Source of the DNA: a virus
Length of the DNA: 64,000 nucleotides
IMG/VR virus record: IMGVR_UViG_3300023199_000051
Coordinates: 32,001 to 96,000 of that record
Strand: one strand, 5' to 3'
The notes under the pieces were generated by a model. The model did no database searches. It was not told the DNA's origin and worked only from the letters and a program-made list of their open reading frames with translations. This document shows, piece after piece, positions 8,322-16,476 of the stretch (positions are counted from its first letter, which is position 1; each line of letters opens with the position of its first letter). Both the position numbers and the translations under genes were made by a program.

Positions 8322-11300
8322 TCAGCCGTCTAGCCGGTAGATCACGCCCCCAGATACCCGGCCCTCTATGGGGAGCTTGAGCTTGACCTTCCGCTGGTAG
8401 GTTCCTCGTGAAGTGCGGCCCGTCTTCACGTCAGAGCGAACCGTGATGAAGGCCGCTCCACCCGGCTTGAGGCGGTCCCGAATCTCGCGCAGCAGTCCCG
8501 CTTGTGCCTTCTTCGGCACCGTGTTGAAGACGTAGGTGGCGAGGACCGTGTTGTACTTCGTGTCTGGCAGGTCGAAGGGACCATGGCAGGGGTCGTAGCC
8601 CTTCACCTGAAGACGCTGTCCTCGCAGCCACTCCACATCCGCACCGTGCCCCGAGCCGTAGTCGAGCACCGGTCCGCGAATCAGACCACGCTCATGCAGC
8701 CACCGCACAGGCGCCGAGGACCCGTTGCGGTGCAGAGCAGTCGGACACGACCGGTCGAGGTCCGCTTCAGTCTGCGCAGCAGGCAGCCGTTCGATGGGGC
8801 CAAGGCCCTGCGCGATTTGGTCCTCGGCCTGGCTATGCGCGTGCAGGTGCTTGGTCAGCTCACGAATCTGCAGCACCGGTCTCGCCCCACCTTCAGCCAG
8901 CGCCTCGACACTGCGTAGCATCCGAAGCAGGGGGTCATGCTGCGCCACAAGCGCATCAAAGGCGCCGGGCCGCCCCAGCTGCTGTTCCAGCATTGGGAAG
9001 ACATCATCTTCCTCGCCGACGAAGTGCTGCTCGCAATCGACCCGGAGCGCGCGCATGCACTTGGTGACCCGCTCCCAGTCGCCGGCCTCCGCGTACCGGA
9101 TCAGCGCAGCACACATGCCACGGATCTCATCATGGTCGTCGGTCAACCACTTCACCGGGTTGGAACCAGGAACATAGGGGCACTTCTCCACCCCAGAGTG
9201 TCCACTCTTGTAGGCCGCGGCGACCTGCTTCAGTGCTTGCTGTGCAGGAACACCGTCCTTGATCATCTTGCTCTGCTCGCGCGCCAGCTTCGTGACGGGC
9301 TCACCGATGATGTCCTCATACGACAGGCCGGCACGACGGGCCACGTCGTAGTTGTGCCGCCGTACCGGACTGAAGGTGTCGTCCAGCGTCTGATCTGTCA
9401 GGGGGCCCATCGGCTGCACGTCAACCCAGTGCGGGCCGCCGTACTCCTGGTGGTGCTCGGGGTGGTGCTGTTGCGCCTTCACCTGCTGCGCATACCCACG
9501 CTGCACCCTCTTCACGAAGGGGGACTCCTCGATCAGATCGACCCCCCAGCCCCACTCGCGCTCATGAGACTCGCCGAACTTCGGCCGGATGGTGATGACC
9601 ACTGGCACGGCCGGCAACCCGAGCTGCATGGCCGCCGCGGCGCGGTGCCTTCCCTCGTGACTCGTGATCTGCTTCTTGTCCCGGTCGTACTGCATCCACG
9701 GCACCGGGAAGCGGTCGCCAGACCGCATGGCCTGTGTGTACTGCGCCACCTTGTCAGGCCGAAGGATATCCACGAGATGCTTCAAGGGGGTTGAGGTCAG
9801 CTCCAGGAAGGCAGTCGGCTTCAGGAGGACGTGCACCGTGTTCCGGTCGTCGTACACGATGGGGATGTTGCGCCTTCGATCTTCATAGTCGAACTGCGGG
9901 GGCACCACCTCCGGCTTGTCCTTGAACCACAGCCGCGGCGCCATCTCGGAGATGAAGGTGTAGCGGAGCGGATCTTCAGAGGGCAACGCCTCAACCGACT
10001 CCTTCAGACGCCCAACGGCCGCTGGGATGGTGTCAAGTCCGTAGACCTGCGCGACGGCGCTCCGATGCCAACCATCCCAGATGCCGATCGCCTGGCCCCT
10101 TGGGTCCTCTATGACGACGATCTCCTCGATGTCACCGCGGCGGATTGCCTCTGCCATAGCCGCAGGGTCGTAGCCCCGCTGCTCGTACGCCCACTGCTCC
10201 TCCTCGAACCATTGCTGCCAGTCGTTGAGGTGGTCGAGCTTTGCAACGGGGTACCGCTCCACGCGCCAATCCATCTCTGCGGGATCGGCCTCTGGTGGGT
10301 TGTCGTAGCGGTACGCAGACGCCCACTCGATCTCCTGTGCGGTTGCAGCGCGTGACGCTCCAGCCGGCAGCTTCTCGATCGGCACTGACGCTTGCTGATG
10401 CACACGCCAGGCAGTCACCTGCGCAAATGGGTATTCCTGCGAGTCAGTAGGCACCCAGACATCGAGAACCCACTGATCAGCTCCAGCTGGAGCCCCATCC
10501 GGCTCTCCGGGCCGGATGACAGACGCCCTGATCTGAGCTTCGGCCATCGCTAGGGGCAGGTAGTCCGATTCGTCGGTTGTGGGGCAGAGCCAGCTTCCCC
10601 ACTCTCCTTCTTCCGCCTCCCACGGGGGCTCCTCAGCCCAGCCTCCCCACCCTCGCAGCAGACAGCGCTCACCCCAACCCTCAGTGGTGACCACCCACCC
10701 ATCTTGCAAGTGCTGCTGTGTCTGAGTGCCAAGGGGTATGGACGCGCCATCAACCCCCCTCACAGCACCTAAAACGGCGCCCCACACCGTATTCGGAACG
10801 CCTGAAGGGCGCCTCTTAGGTAGTCCAGCACTTCGGTGGAGAGGGGCATAGGATCTCTGACCACCACCAACCTCGCGCATCTCCTCGAAGTAAGGGGCTG
10901 CTTCGTCCACTGCCGCTTCTACAGTAGCAGCATCGAAGCTGCGCTCAGACGCCCCCTCGATCTCCTGTGCGGTCGCGGCGGCGGGCACAGCGGTAGCTGC
11001 AGCTGGAAGGCAGTCCCGCCCATCGAAGCAGATGCCAGAGTCGAGCACATCTTGAGCTGGAAGGGCCTCGACACCCGACTTGAACTGCTCCAACTGGATG
11101 ACGGGGATGTACCGCAGTCCCAACAGGCGAGCAGCGAAGGCCCGATGCCGTCCATCTACGAACTGGCCGTCGACGAAGATGATGGGCGGCATCTGCATCG
11201 AGGGGGCTTCACCCATGTTCACACCGGCAGCGCGCCAGGCTTCGCGGGCGAAGTAGGGAGAGTCGTACTCCAGCTTGACAGCTGGCTGTTCCCACTTCAA

Positions 11301-12938
11301 GGGGTAGGCGTCTTCCAGCCAGGTGTTCAGGATCTCGCCGGCGCTGCTATGCGGCCCGAGCCCGGCGGTCTGGAGTACCTGCACGATCTCCATGACGGCC
11401 GCGGGGCCCCGCTCGTCCCAGTGCTCCTCGGCGTCAATGTTGGTGGGCATACCCTGTGAGGTGTCTGCACCTGGAAAGTGCTTGCGGATCTCACGCCACA
11501 CCTCATCCATGGGCAGGGCATCCACTGTGACGCGCGTGTCCGAAGGTAGGAAGGCAACGCCGTAGTCCGGGTCTGGCGGGAGCCCGACGTCATCGGTGAG
11601 CGCCTGGAGGATGAACCCGTCCTCCTGGAAGTGCTGCGGCAGGTCGCCCCACCGGATCGTGCGAGATGTTGCAGTGGGCAGCGTCTCGATACCCAGCTCG
11701 CGGAGTAGGGCGTCGTCCTCTGCAGCCTGGGCCTCCACCTTCAAGGCGTGCGCCATACGCATCCAGTGCAGCTCTTCTCCAGACAGCCCCAGCGTTCGCA
11801 ACTCCCCGGCGCTCAGGTCGGTGCCCAGCTCGGGCACGTCGGACCCGGGGGCGTGGCTCACGCCCAGGTCCGTGATGCGCCACTCCCCAGCCGCGTTCCG
11901 CATCACGTTGCCGCCACGGATGTCGTCGGTCCACACCCCGCGCTCAGCGAGCTGTACCAGGGCGCTCCAGAGCAGCCTCACGTTGTCCTCGATGTTGGGG
12001 GCGAAGTAGGCACTCGCCTTGGCAGTGAAGACTTCCACACCCCTACGACTGTGGCGGCCCTCGACAGCTTCGCGTGCGTCGTGCGCCATGCGACGACCGT
12101 GGTTGTCGAGGTAGCGTTCCCCCGATGATGACAAGGGCTCCAAGTGCTCCTGTACGACACCATACAGACGTCTAGGACCCTGGTACACCGATGGAAGCTC
12201 GACCCCCGGCAGTGTGGAAGGGAAGGCGAACACCAGCGGTGCCCGAGCAACGCCCTTGATACCGAGACGTCCAACGAAGGCCCAGGCCGCAGCGTCGGTG
12301 GGATCTCCGGTGATCTTCAACACCCAACCAGGATAGTCAGGCAACGCATAGGCACAGCCGTAGTTGCCGCAGCCGAGCGCCATCGGGTTGTCGTAGCCGA
12401 CGTCGAGGTCGTAGGGCTTACGCTGGAGCATGATCAGGGCGGCGCGCTGCCACTTGTTGAAGTTGTCGCTGCCCCAGTCATGCTTTCCGAGCCCCCGCGA
12501 TTCGGCATAGGTGCGGGGATTGCCCTTTGGAGGGGCGCCACGAACGGGCAGCTCCTCCTGCCTCTTCGCATACCGCTTCAGCTTCGCTGGCTCTGGTGAG
12601 TAGGCCCATGCCGCCAGGGCCAGGTGCCGGCGGGTGGGGCGGCCGTCGTCCTCCCACAGCGGCTCACGGCCCTCCTGAACCTGTGCCATGTGGCGGGCGA
12701 TGAAGGCGTTGCGGCGACTGCGCCAGTGCTGACCGCTGTGACTGTCTTCGGTGAGCTTGTCGGGGTCACCATCAGCGCGGCGGTACGCGGCGATGAAGCC
12801 TCGCTTGCTCCGTGCAACCTTGCTCACTTTGCGATCCTGCATCTGCGGGACCAGGGCTTCGACCATGGTGAGTGGCAGCCATGCACGCTCGCCGGCCGGC
12901 AGCCCCTCGGTCGTCGTTGCGGTGGAGATCAGCTTCAT
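8322..12938 (-). CDS. Polyvalent protein: unknown N-terminal domain, protein-kinase-like, ParB/Srx x3, unknown domain, hemerythrin, SAM-dependent methyltransferase
   Basis: Kinase LGCGNYGC..LKITGD..DDIRGGNVM..ITDLG. ParB motifs FVDGRHRAFAARLLG, WDGWHRSAVAQVYG, HEGRHRAAAAMQLG. Hemerythrin DDHDEI..HFVGEE..QHD..HSQAED. MTase VLDYGSGHGAD..GYDP..ATYVFNTV. Confidence 0.85.
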   Translation of the reverse strand: MKLISTATTTEGLPAGERAWLPLTMVEALVPQMQDRKVSKVARSKRGFIAAYRRADGDPDKLTEDSHSGQHWRSRRNAFIARHMAQVQEGREPLWEDDGRPTRRHLALAAWAYSPEPAKLKRYAKRQEELPVRGAPPKGNPRTYAESRGLGKHDWGSDNFNKWQRAALIMLQRKPYDLDVGYDNPMALGCGNYGCAYALPDYPGWVLKITGDPTDAAAWAFVGRLGIKGVARAPLVFAFPSTLPGVELPSVYQGPRRLYGVVQEHLEPLSSSGERYLDNHGRRMAHDAREAVEGRHSRRGVEVFTAKASAYFAPNIEDNVRLLWSALVQLAERGVWTDDIRGGNVMRNAAGEWRITDLGVSHAPGSDVPELGTDLSAGELRTLGLSGEELHWMRMAHALKVEAQAAEDDALLRELGIETLPTATSRTIRWGDLPQHFQEDGFILQALTDDVGLPPDPDYGVAFLPSDTRVTVDALPMDEVWREIRKHFPGADTSQGMPTNIDAEEHWDERGPAAVMEIVQVLQTAGLGPHSSAGEILNTWLEDAYPLKWEQPAVKLEYDSPYFAREAWRAAGVNMGEAPSMQMPPIIFVDGQFVDGRHRAFAARLLGLRYIPVIQLEQFKSGVEALPAQDVLDSGICFDGRDCLPAAATAVPAAATAQEIEGASERSFDAATVEAAVDEAAPYFEEMREVGGGQRSYAPLHRSAGLPKRRPSGVPNTVWGAVLGAVRGVDGASIPLGTQTQQHLQDGWVVTTEGWGERCLLRGWGGWAEEPPWEAEEGEWGSWLCPTTDESDYLPLAMAEAQIRASVIRPGEPDGAPAGADQWVLDVWVPTDSQEYPFAQVTAWRVHQQASVPIEKLPAGASRAATAQEIEWASAYRYDNPPEADPAEMDWRVERYPVAKLDHLNDWQQWFEEEQWAYEQRGYDPAAMAEAIRRGDIEEIVVIEDPRGQAIGIWDGWHRSAVAQVYGLDTIPAAVGRLKESVEALPSEDPLRYTFISEMAPRLWFKDKPEVVPPQFDYEDRRRNIPIVYDDRNTVHVLLKPTAFLELTSTPLKHLVDILRPDKVAQYTQAMRSGDRFPVPWMQYDRDKKQITSHEGRHRAAAAMQLGLPAVPVVITIRPKFGESHEREWGWGVDLIEESPFVKRVQRGYAQQVKAQQHHPEHHQEYGGPHWVDVQPMGPLTDQTLDDTFSPVRRHNYDVARRAGLSYEDIIGEPVTKLAREQSKMIKDGVPAQQALKQVAAAYKSGHSGVEKCPYVPGSNPVKWLTDDHDEIRGMCAALIRYAEAGDWERVTKCMRALRVDCEQHFVGEEDDVFPMLEQQLGRPGAFDALVAQHDPLLRMLRSVEALAEGGARPVLQIRELTKHLHAHSQAEDQIAQGLGPIERLPAAQTEADLDRSCPTALHRNGSSAPVRWLHERGLIRGPVLDYGSGHGADVEWLRGQRLQVKGYDPCHGPFDLPDTKYNTVLATYVFNTVPKKAQAGLLREIRDRLKPGGAAFITVRSDVKTGRTSRGTYQRKVKLKLPIEGRVSGGVIYRLDG

Positions 12939-12987
12939 AGAGACCAATCTAGCACTGCGGTCCCCAGCGCGCTCGGAGCTACCAGGC

Positions 12988-12993
12988 TACACT
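12988..12993 (+). promoter_or_regulatory. Possible -10 box (TACACT) of a leaderless transcript
   Basis: TACACT ends 6 nt before ATG 13000; no RBS and no clear -35. Confidence 0.35.
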
Positions 12994-12999
12994 TCTGGC

Positions 13000-14754
13000 A
13001 TGGCTACATGGTCCCTCGGTCAGCTCTTCCACTTCATTGCCACCTCGCCAAAGGTTCCAGATGACCGGCGCGAGGCGACGCTGCAGATGATTCTGTCAGA
13101 GCCGGACAAGGCCCGAGCTGCGTTTAGCGGGAAGGGGGAGATCACGAGCGCGTTCTACCCGGAGGCGGAGCTGCGGGCAGGTGCGTGCCCTGTCGGCATG
13201 GAGCACGTTGGACCCGGCGGCGAGTGTCAAGAGAAGCCCGACCTCCCGCGGTTGGCCTACAGCGAGTACGACAAGATCCTGGTGGCCTTCAGTGGTGGCA
13301 AGGACTCCGTGGCCTGCGCGCTTGCGCTGTATGAGCGGCTGGTCGATGAGGGGGTGGACCCTCGCAAGAAGATGGAGCTGTGGCACCACAACGTCGATGG
13401 CTCCGAGGACCAGCCCGTCATCTGGGACTGGCCTTGCACCGAGAGCTACTGTCGGGCCTTCGCCGAGCACCTTGGGGTCCCCTTCCTCCTGCAGTACCGC
13501 AAGGGTGGCATCCACCGCGAGATGTGGCGCACTGACCAGTGTAGTGAGGCTGTGCACTTCCAGACCTGGGAGGACGGGCAGCTCGTGTGGCGTCGGCAGA
13601 AGCGGGATGAGGAGAGGTGCAGTCGCAACACGCGGCGCCGCTTCCCTCAGGTCACCGCGAACCTCGCCACGCGGTGGTGCACGGCCTACGTCAAGATCAT
13701 GGTGGCCGAGTCCGCCATCACCAACGACGAGCGCTTCGACTATGCCACCTACACCATGGTCAGCGGTGAGCGCCGGGAGGAGTCCAACAACCGGAGCAAG
13801 TACGCCGGCAACGAGGAGCACCGCACCAACACGGCCCACCGACCAACCTGGAACAAGGTCTACGAGGTGCGCTTCCTCGACTCCGAGGGGCGTCCCCTCA
13901 AGCCAGGCAAGGCGGGCCGCAAGAAGCGTGTCGACTTCGAGCGTCACAGCGCCATCGTGCATCGTGCCCTGGGCCTTGATCCTGAGATCGGCGTGTGGCT
14001 GTTTGCCAGAGAGGACTTCGCAAAGGCGGCCCGCAGCCAGCTCGTCGAGCGTGTCCTCACTGCCCATGATGAGTACGAGACGTCACGGGGCAAGAAGAAG
14101 AAGCGAATCGAGAAGGAGGCCAAGGCCAATGTAGCGTTCACCGAACGGTGGGAGCTGGTCGAGAACTGGACCTGGGGGAAGGTGAAGAGTGGAAAGGATC
14201 CGGCGAAGGTGCGACGCGGTACCCAGCGGACGCAGAGGTACGCCGATCAGTACCGGCCTGTCATCGACTGGCTAGAAGAGGACGTCTGGGAGATCATGCG
14301 GCGCTGGGGCATCGTCCCACACCCGTGCTACTGGCTCGGGTACTCGCGGGCCAGCTGCATGACGTGCATCTTCCTCCGCGACACTGACCTCACGAACCTG
14401 CGCCAGATCGACCCCGAGCGCTTCGAGCTGCACGTCAAGATGGAGAAGGAGACGGGCTACACCGTCGACCGGGAGATCTCGCTCACCGAGCGAGCCAACC
14501 AGGGCCAGTTCTTCGTCCCACAGCCGGGGCAGGAAACCTACAGTGTGCTCGACCACAACAAGCGCGTACGCCTCGGCCGCACCGCCTTTGAAGAGCTGAC
14601 GTATGAAGAGCGGCACGTCCAATGGCCCCGGTCCATCTACGACTACTGGGAGCCCGTTGCACTCTCTCGCGGTTACACTGGTCCCATCTACACGAAGCCT
14701 GACGAGTGGTACTACCCCGCGGGCGCGTTCCGGCACAGCGGAGGACCTGACTGA
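13000..14754 (+). CDS. PAPS-reductase-family (PP-loop) protein
   Basis: ILVAFSGGKDS, RWCTAYVKIMV, VSGERREES, RPVIDWLEEDVW..HPCYWLGYSRASCMTCIF. ~120-aa basic insertion. Start is uncertain. Confidence 0.85.
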   Translation: MATWSLGQLFHFIATSPKVPDDRREATLQMILSEPDKARAAFSGKGEITSAFYPEAELRAGACPVGMEHVGPGGECQEKPDLPRLAYSEYDKILVAFSGGKDSVACALALYERLVDEGVDPRKKMELWHHNVDGSEDQPVIWDWPCTESYCRAFAEHLGVPFLLQYRKGGIHREMWRTDQCSEAVHFQTWEDGQLVWRRQKRDEERCSRNTRRRFPQVTANLATRWCTAYVKIMVAESAITNDERFDYATYTMVSGERREESNNRSKYAGNEEHRTNTAHRPTWNKVYEVRFLDSEGRPLKPGKAGRKKRVDFERHSAIVHRALGLDPEIGVWLFAREDFAKAARSQLVERVLTAHDEYETSRGKKKKRIEKEAKANVAFTERWELVENWTWGKVKSGKDPAKVRRGTQRTQRYADQYRPVIDWLEEDVWEIMRRWGIVPHPCYWLGYSRASCMTCIFLRDTDLTNLRQIDPERFELHVKMEKETGYTVDREISLTERANQGQFFVPQPGQETYSVLDHNKRVRLGRTAFEELTYEERHVQWPRSIYDYWEPVALSRGYTGPIYTKPDEWYYPAGAFRHSGGPD

Positions 14755-15200
14755 TGGCTGACACCAGCACAATCTTGATTGGACTTGGGCTCCTGGGTGC
14801 AGCAGGGGCTGTTGCATACGCCGTCTCCACTGCCAAGGAGGAGGTCGATGAGACCCGCGCGGAGTGGAAGAAGAGCAAGGAGGAGTGGAAGGAGCTGTAC
14901 CGTGAGGGGTACGAGACGGCGACTGCCCCCATCACAGCTGCGCGCGAGACGAAGGAAGCCCTCAAGAAGAAGGGGCGCGTGGTGGTGAAGTCCGTCAGGG
15001 ACACAGCGCAAGACGCAGCCTCGACCCCCGGTAAGAGGGCAGCTGCCCGCGCAGATGCACAGCTGCAAGAGGCCGTCCGCAAAGGAGCTGCGCAGTCGGC
15101 CGCGGAAGCAGCCCGCAGTCCCGAGCCCAGCTCCAGCGGATTCGGTGCCCGCCCTGCTCACTACCGCTACATCGTTCGCCGCGCACGGATCCGTGCTTGA
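14754..15200 (+). CDS. N-terminally membrane-anchored coiled-coil protein
   Basis: ILIGLGLLGAAGAVAYAV; C-terminal SGFGARPAHYRYIVRR shared with the next gene. Confidence 0.75.
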   Translation: MADTSTILIGLGLLGAAGAVAYAVSTAKEEVDETRAEWKKSKEEWKELYREGYETATAPITAARETKEALKKKGRVVVKSVRDTAQDAASTPGKRAAARADAQLQEAVRKGAAQSAAEAARSPEPSSSGFGARPAHYRYIVRRARIRA

Positions 15201-15994
15201 TGACGACGGATGCTTCCATGCTGCTCTACGGCGCTGTCGGTGCTGCTCTGCTCGGCGGCACTCTTTGGTACCTCTCACGCGACGAGGACGAGGAGGGAGG
15301 GCCAGCCCCCGCGCCGGCTCCGCCGCCGACTCCGAAGACGATCGTCAAGAAGGTCGTTGACGAGCTGACTCCAGGTACGCAAGCTGCGAGGATCTACGCG
15401 GCTTACAAGGGACGCTCGGGCATGTCTCCTGCCCTAGCTAAGCGCATCGTGGATGTTGCCCACGCAGTCGGCGCACATCCCTTCGACCTGGCCAACCTCA
15501 TCAACTGGGAGTCGGGCCGCACGTTCCGCTCCGACATCCAGAACAAGGAGGGGGACCCTCCTAGCTTGGCGACGGGCCTCATCCAGTTCACACCGAGTAC
15601 AGCCAAGAAGCTAGGCACCACCGTCGATGCACTCGCGAAGCTCACCCCGGTGCAGCAGATGTCGTGGGTTCGGAAGTACCTGATGCGCGTGAAGGCCGGG
15701 CAGTGGGACGACAAGACGCCGGGCCCCCTCAACTCGCCGCAGCGCCTGGCAATGGCCGTGTTCTACCCCTGGGCGCGAGAGTGGGATCCCAACGCGAGCT
15801 TCGCCGCGAAGGGGCATGGTCGCGTGCTGGAGTGGAACCCCGGCATCACGAGCCCCGCGGCGTACCTCAACAAGATGGCCCGCGCCGCGAAGCTCTCGTT
15901 CGGTTCGACCATCCCCGAGATCGCAGAGCCCAAGCTGTCCGGGTTTGGCGCTCGCCCCGCCCATTACCGGTACCTGGTGCGCAGGACAGCGTAG
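15200..15994 (+). CDS. Membrane-anchored lytic transglycosylase / lysozyme-like protein
   Basis: N-terminal TM; LANLINWESG (catalytic Glu) and ATGLIQFTPSTAKKLGTT motifs of the SLT-like fold; TGATG coupling. Confidence 0.8.
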   Translation: MTTDASMLLYGAVGAALLGGTLWYLSRDEDEEGGPAPAPAPPPTPKTIVKKVVDELTPGTQAARIYAAYKGRSGMSPALAKRIVDVAHAVGAHPFDLANLINWESGRTFRSDIQNKEGDPPSLATGLIQFTPSTAKKLGTTVDALAKLTPVQQMSWVRKYLMRVKAGQWDDKTPGPLNSPQRLAMAVFYPWAREWDPNASFAAKGHGRVLEWNPGITSPAAYLNKMARAAKLSFGSTIPEIAEPKLSGFGARPAHYRYLVRRTA

Positions 15995-16078
15995 TCCGTG
16001 AGGGGGTTGCAGCCTACTAAGTAGTAGGAAGCCGCTTCTTCGGTTACCATGGCTGCACCACCAACCAGGAGCACCACT

Positions 16079-16273
16079 ATGCTGTCCGATCGCGCAATCG
16101 CTGGAATCCTCTTCGGCTCCATCGCCGGAGTCATCATCCAGGACAACAGCAAGACCATCCAGAAGAGCGTCACCAAGAACCCCGCAGCCGCCGCGGCCGG
16201 TGGCGCCGCTCTCCTGTCGGGCGGCGACTACGCCTACCGCAAGTTCTCCGAGAAGAAGAAGAAGAGCGCCTGA
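16079..16273 (+). CDS. Small membrane protein, paralog A
   Basis: MLSDRAIAGILFGSIAG...DYAYR; aligns with the next ORF. Confidence 0.7.
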   Translation: MLSDRAIAGILFGSIAGVIIQDNSKTIQKSVTKNPAAAAAGGAALLSGGDYAYRKFSEKKKKSA

Positions 16274-16476
16274 TGATCAGCGACCGCACCATCGCGCTGT
16301 CCATCTTCAGCGTCATCACTGGCGCTGTGCTCTCCGACAAGAGCAAGTTGTACCAGGAGTACGTGACGGACCGTCCAGAGGTGGCAGCACCTCTGTTCAC
16401 TGGAAGCGTGCTCGCGGCTGACTACGCCTACCGGACCCTCACCGAAGACGGATCACAGACACCCTCGGAGACCTAG
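16273..16476 (+). CDS. Small membrane protein, paralog B
   Basis: MISDRTIALSIFSVITG...DYAYR; TGATG coupling. Confidence 0.7.
   Translation: MISDRTIALSIFSVITGAVLSDKSKLYQEYVTDRPEVAAPLFTGSVLAADYAYRTLTEDGSQTPSET

Noticed and set aside
7-14754. A complete Dnd/Ssp phosphorothioation operon
   Set aside because: No cysteine desulfurase, DndD/SspC ATPase, DndE or SspB was recognised, and the genes are not in one operon. Kept only as a weaker hypothesis.
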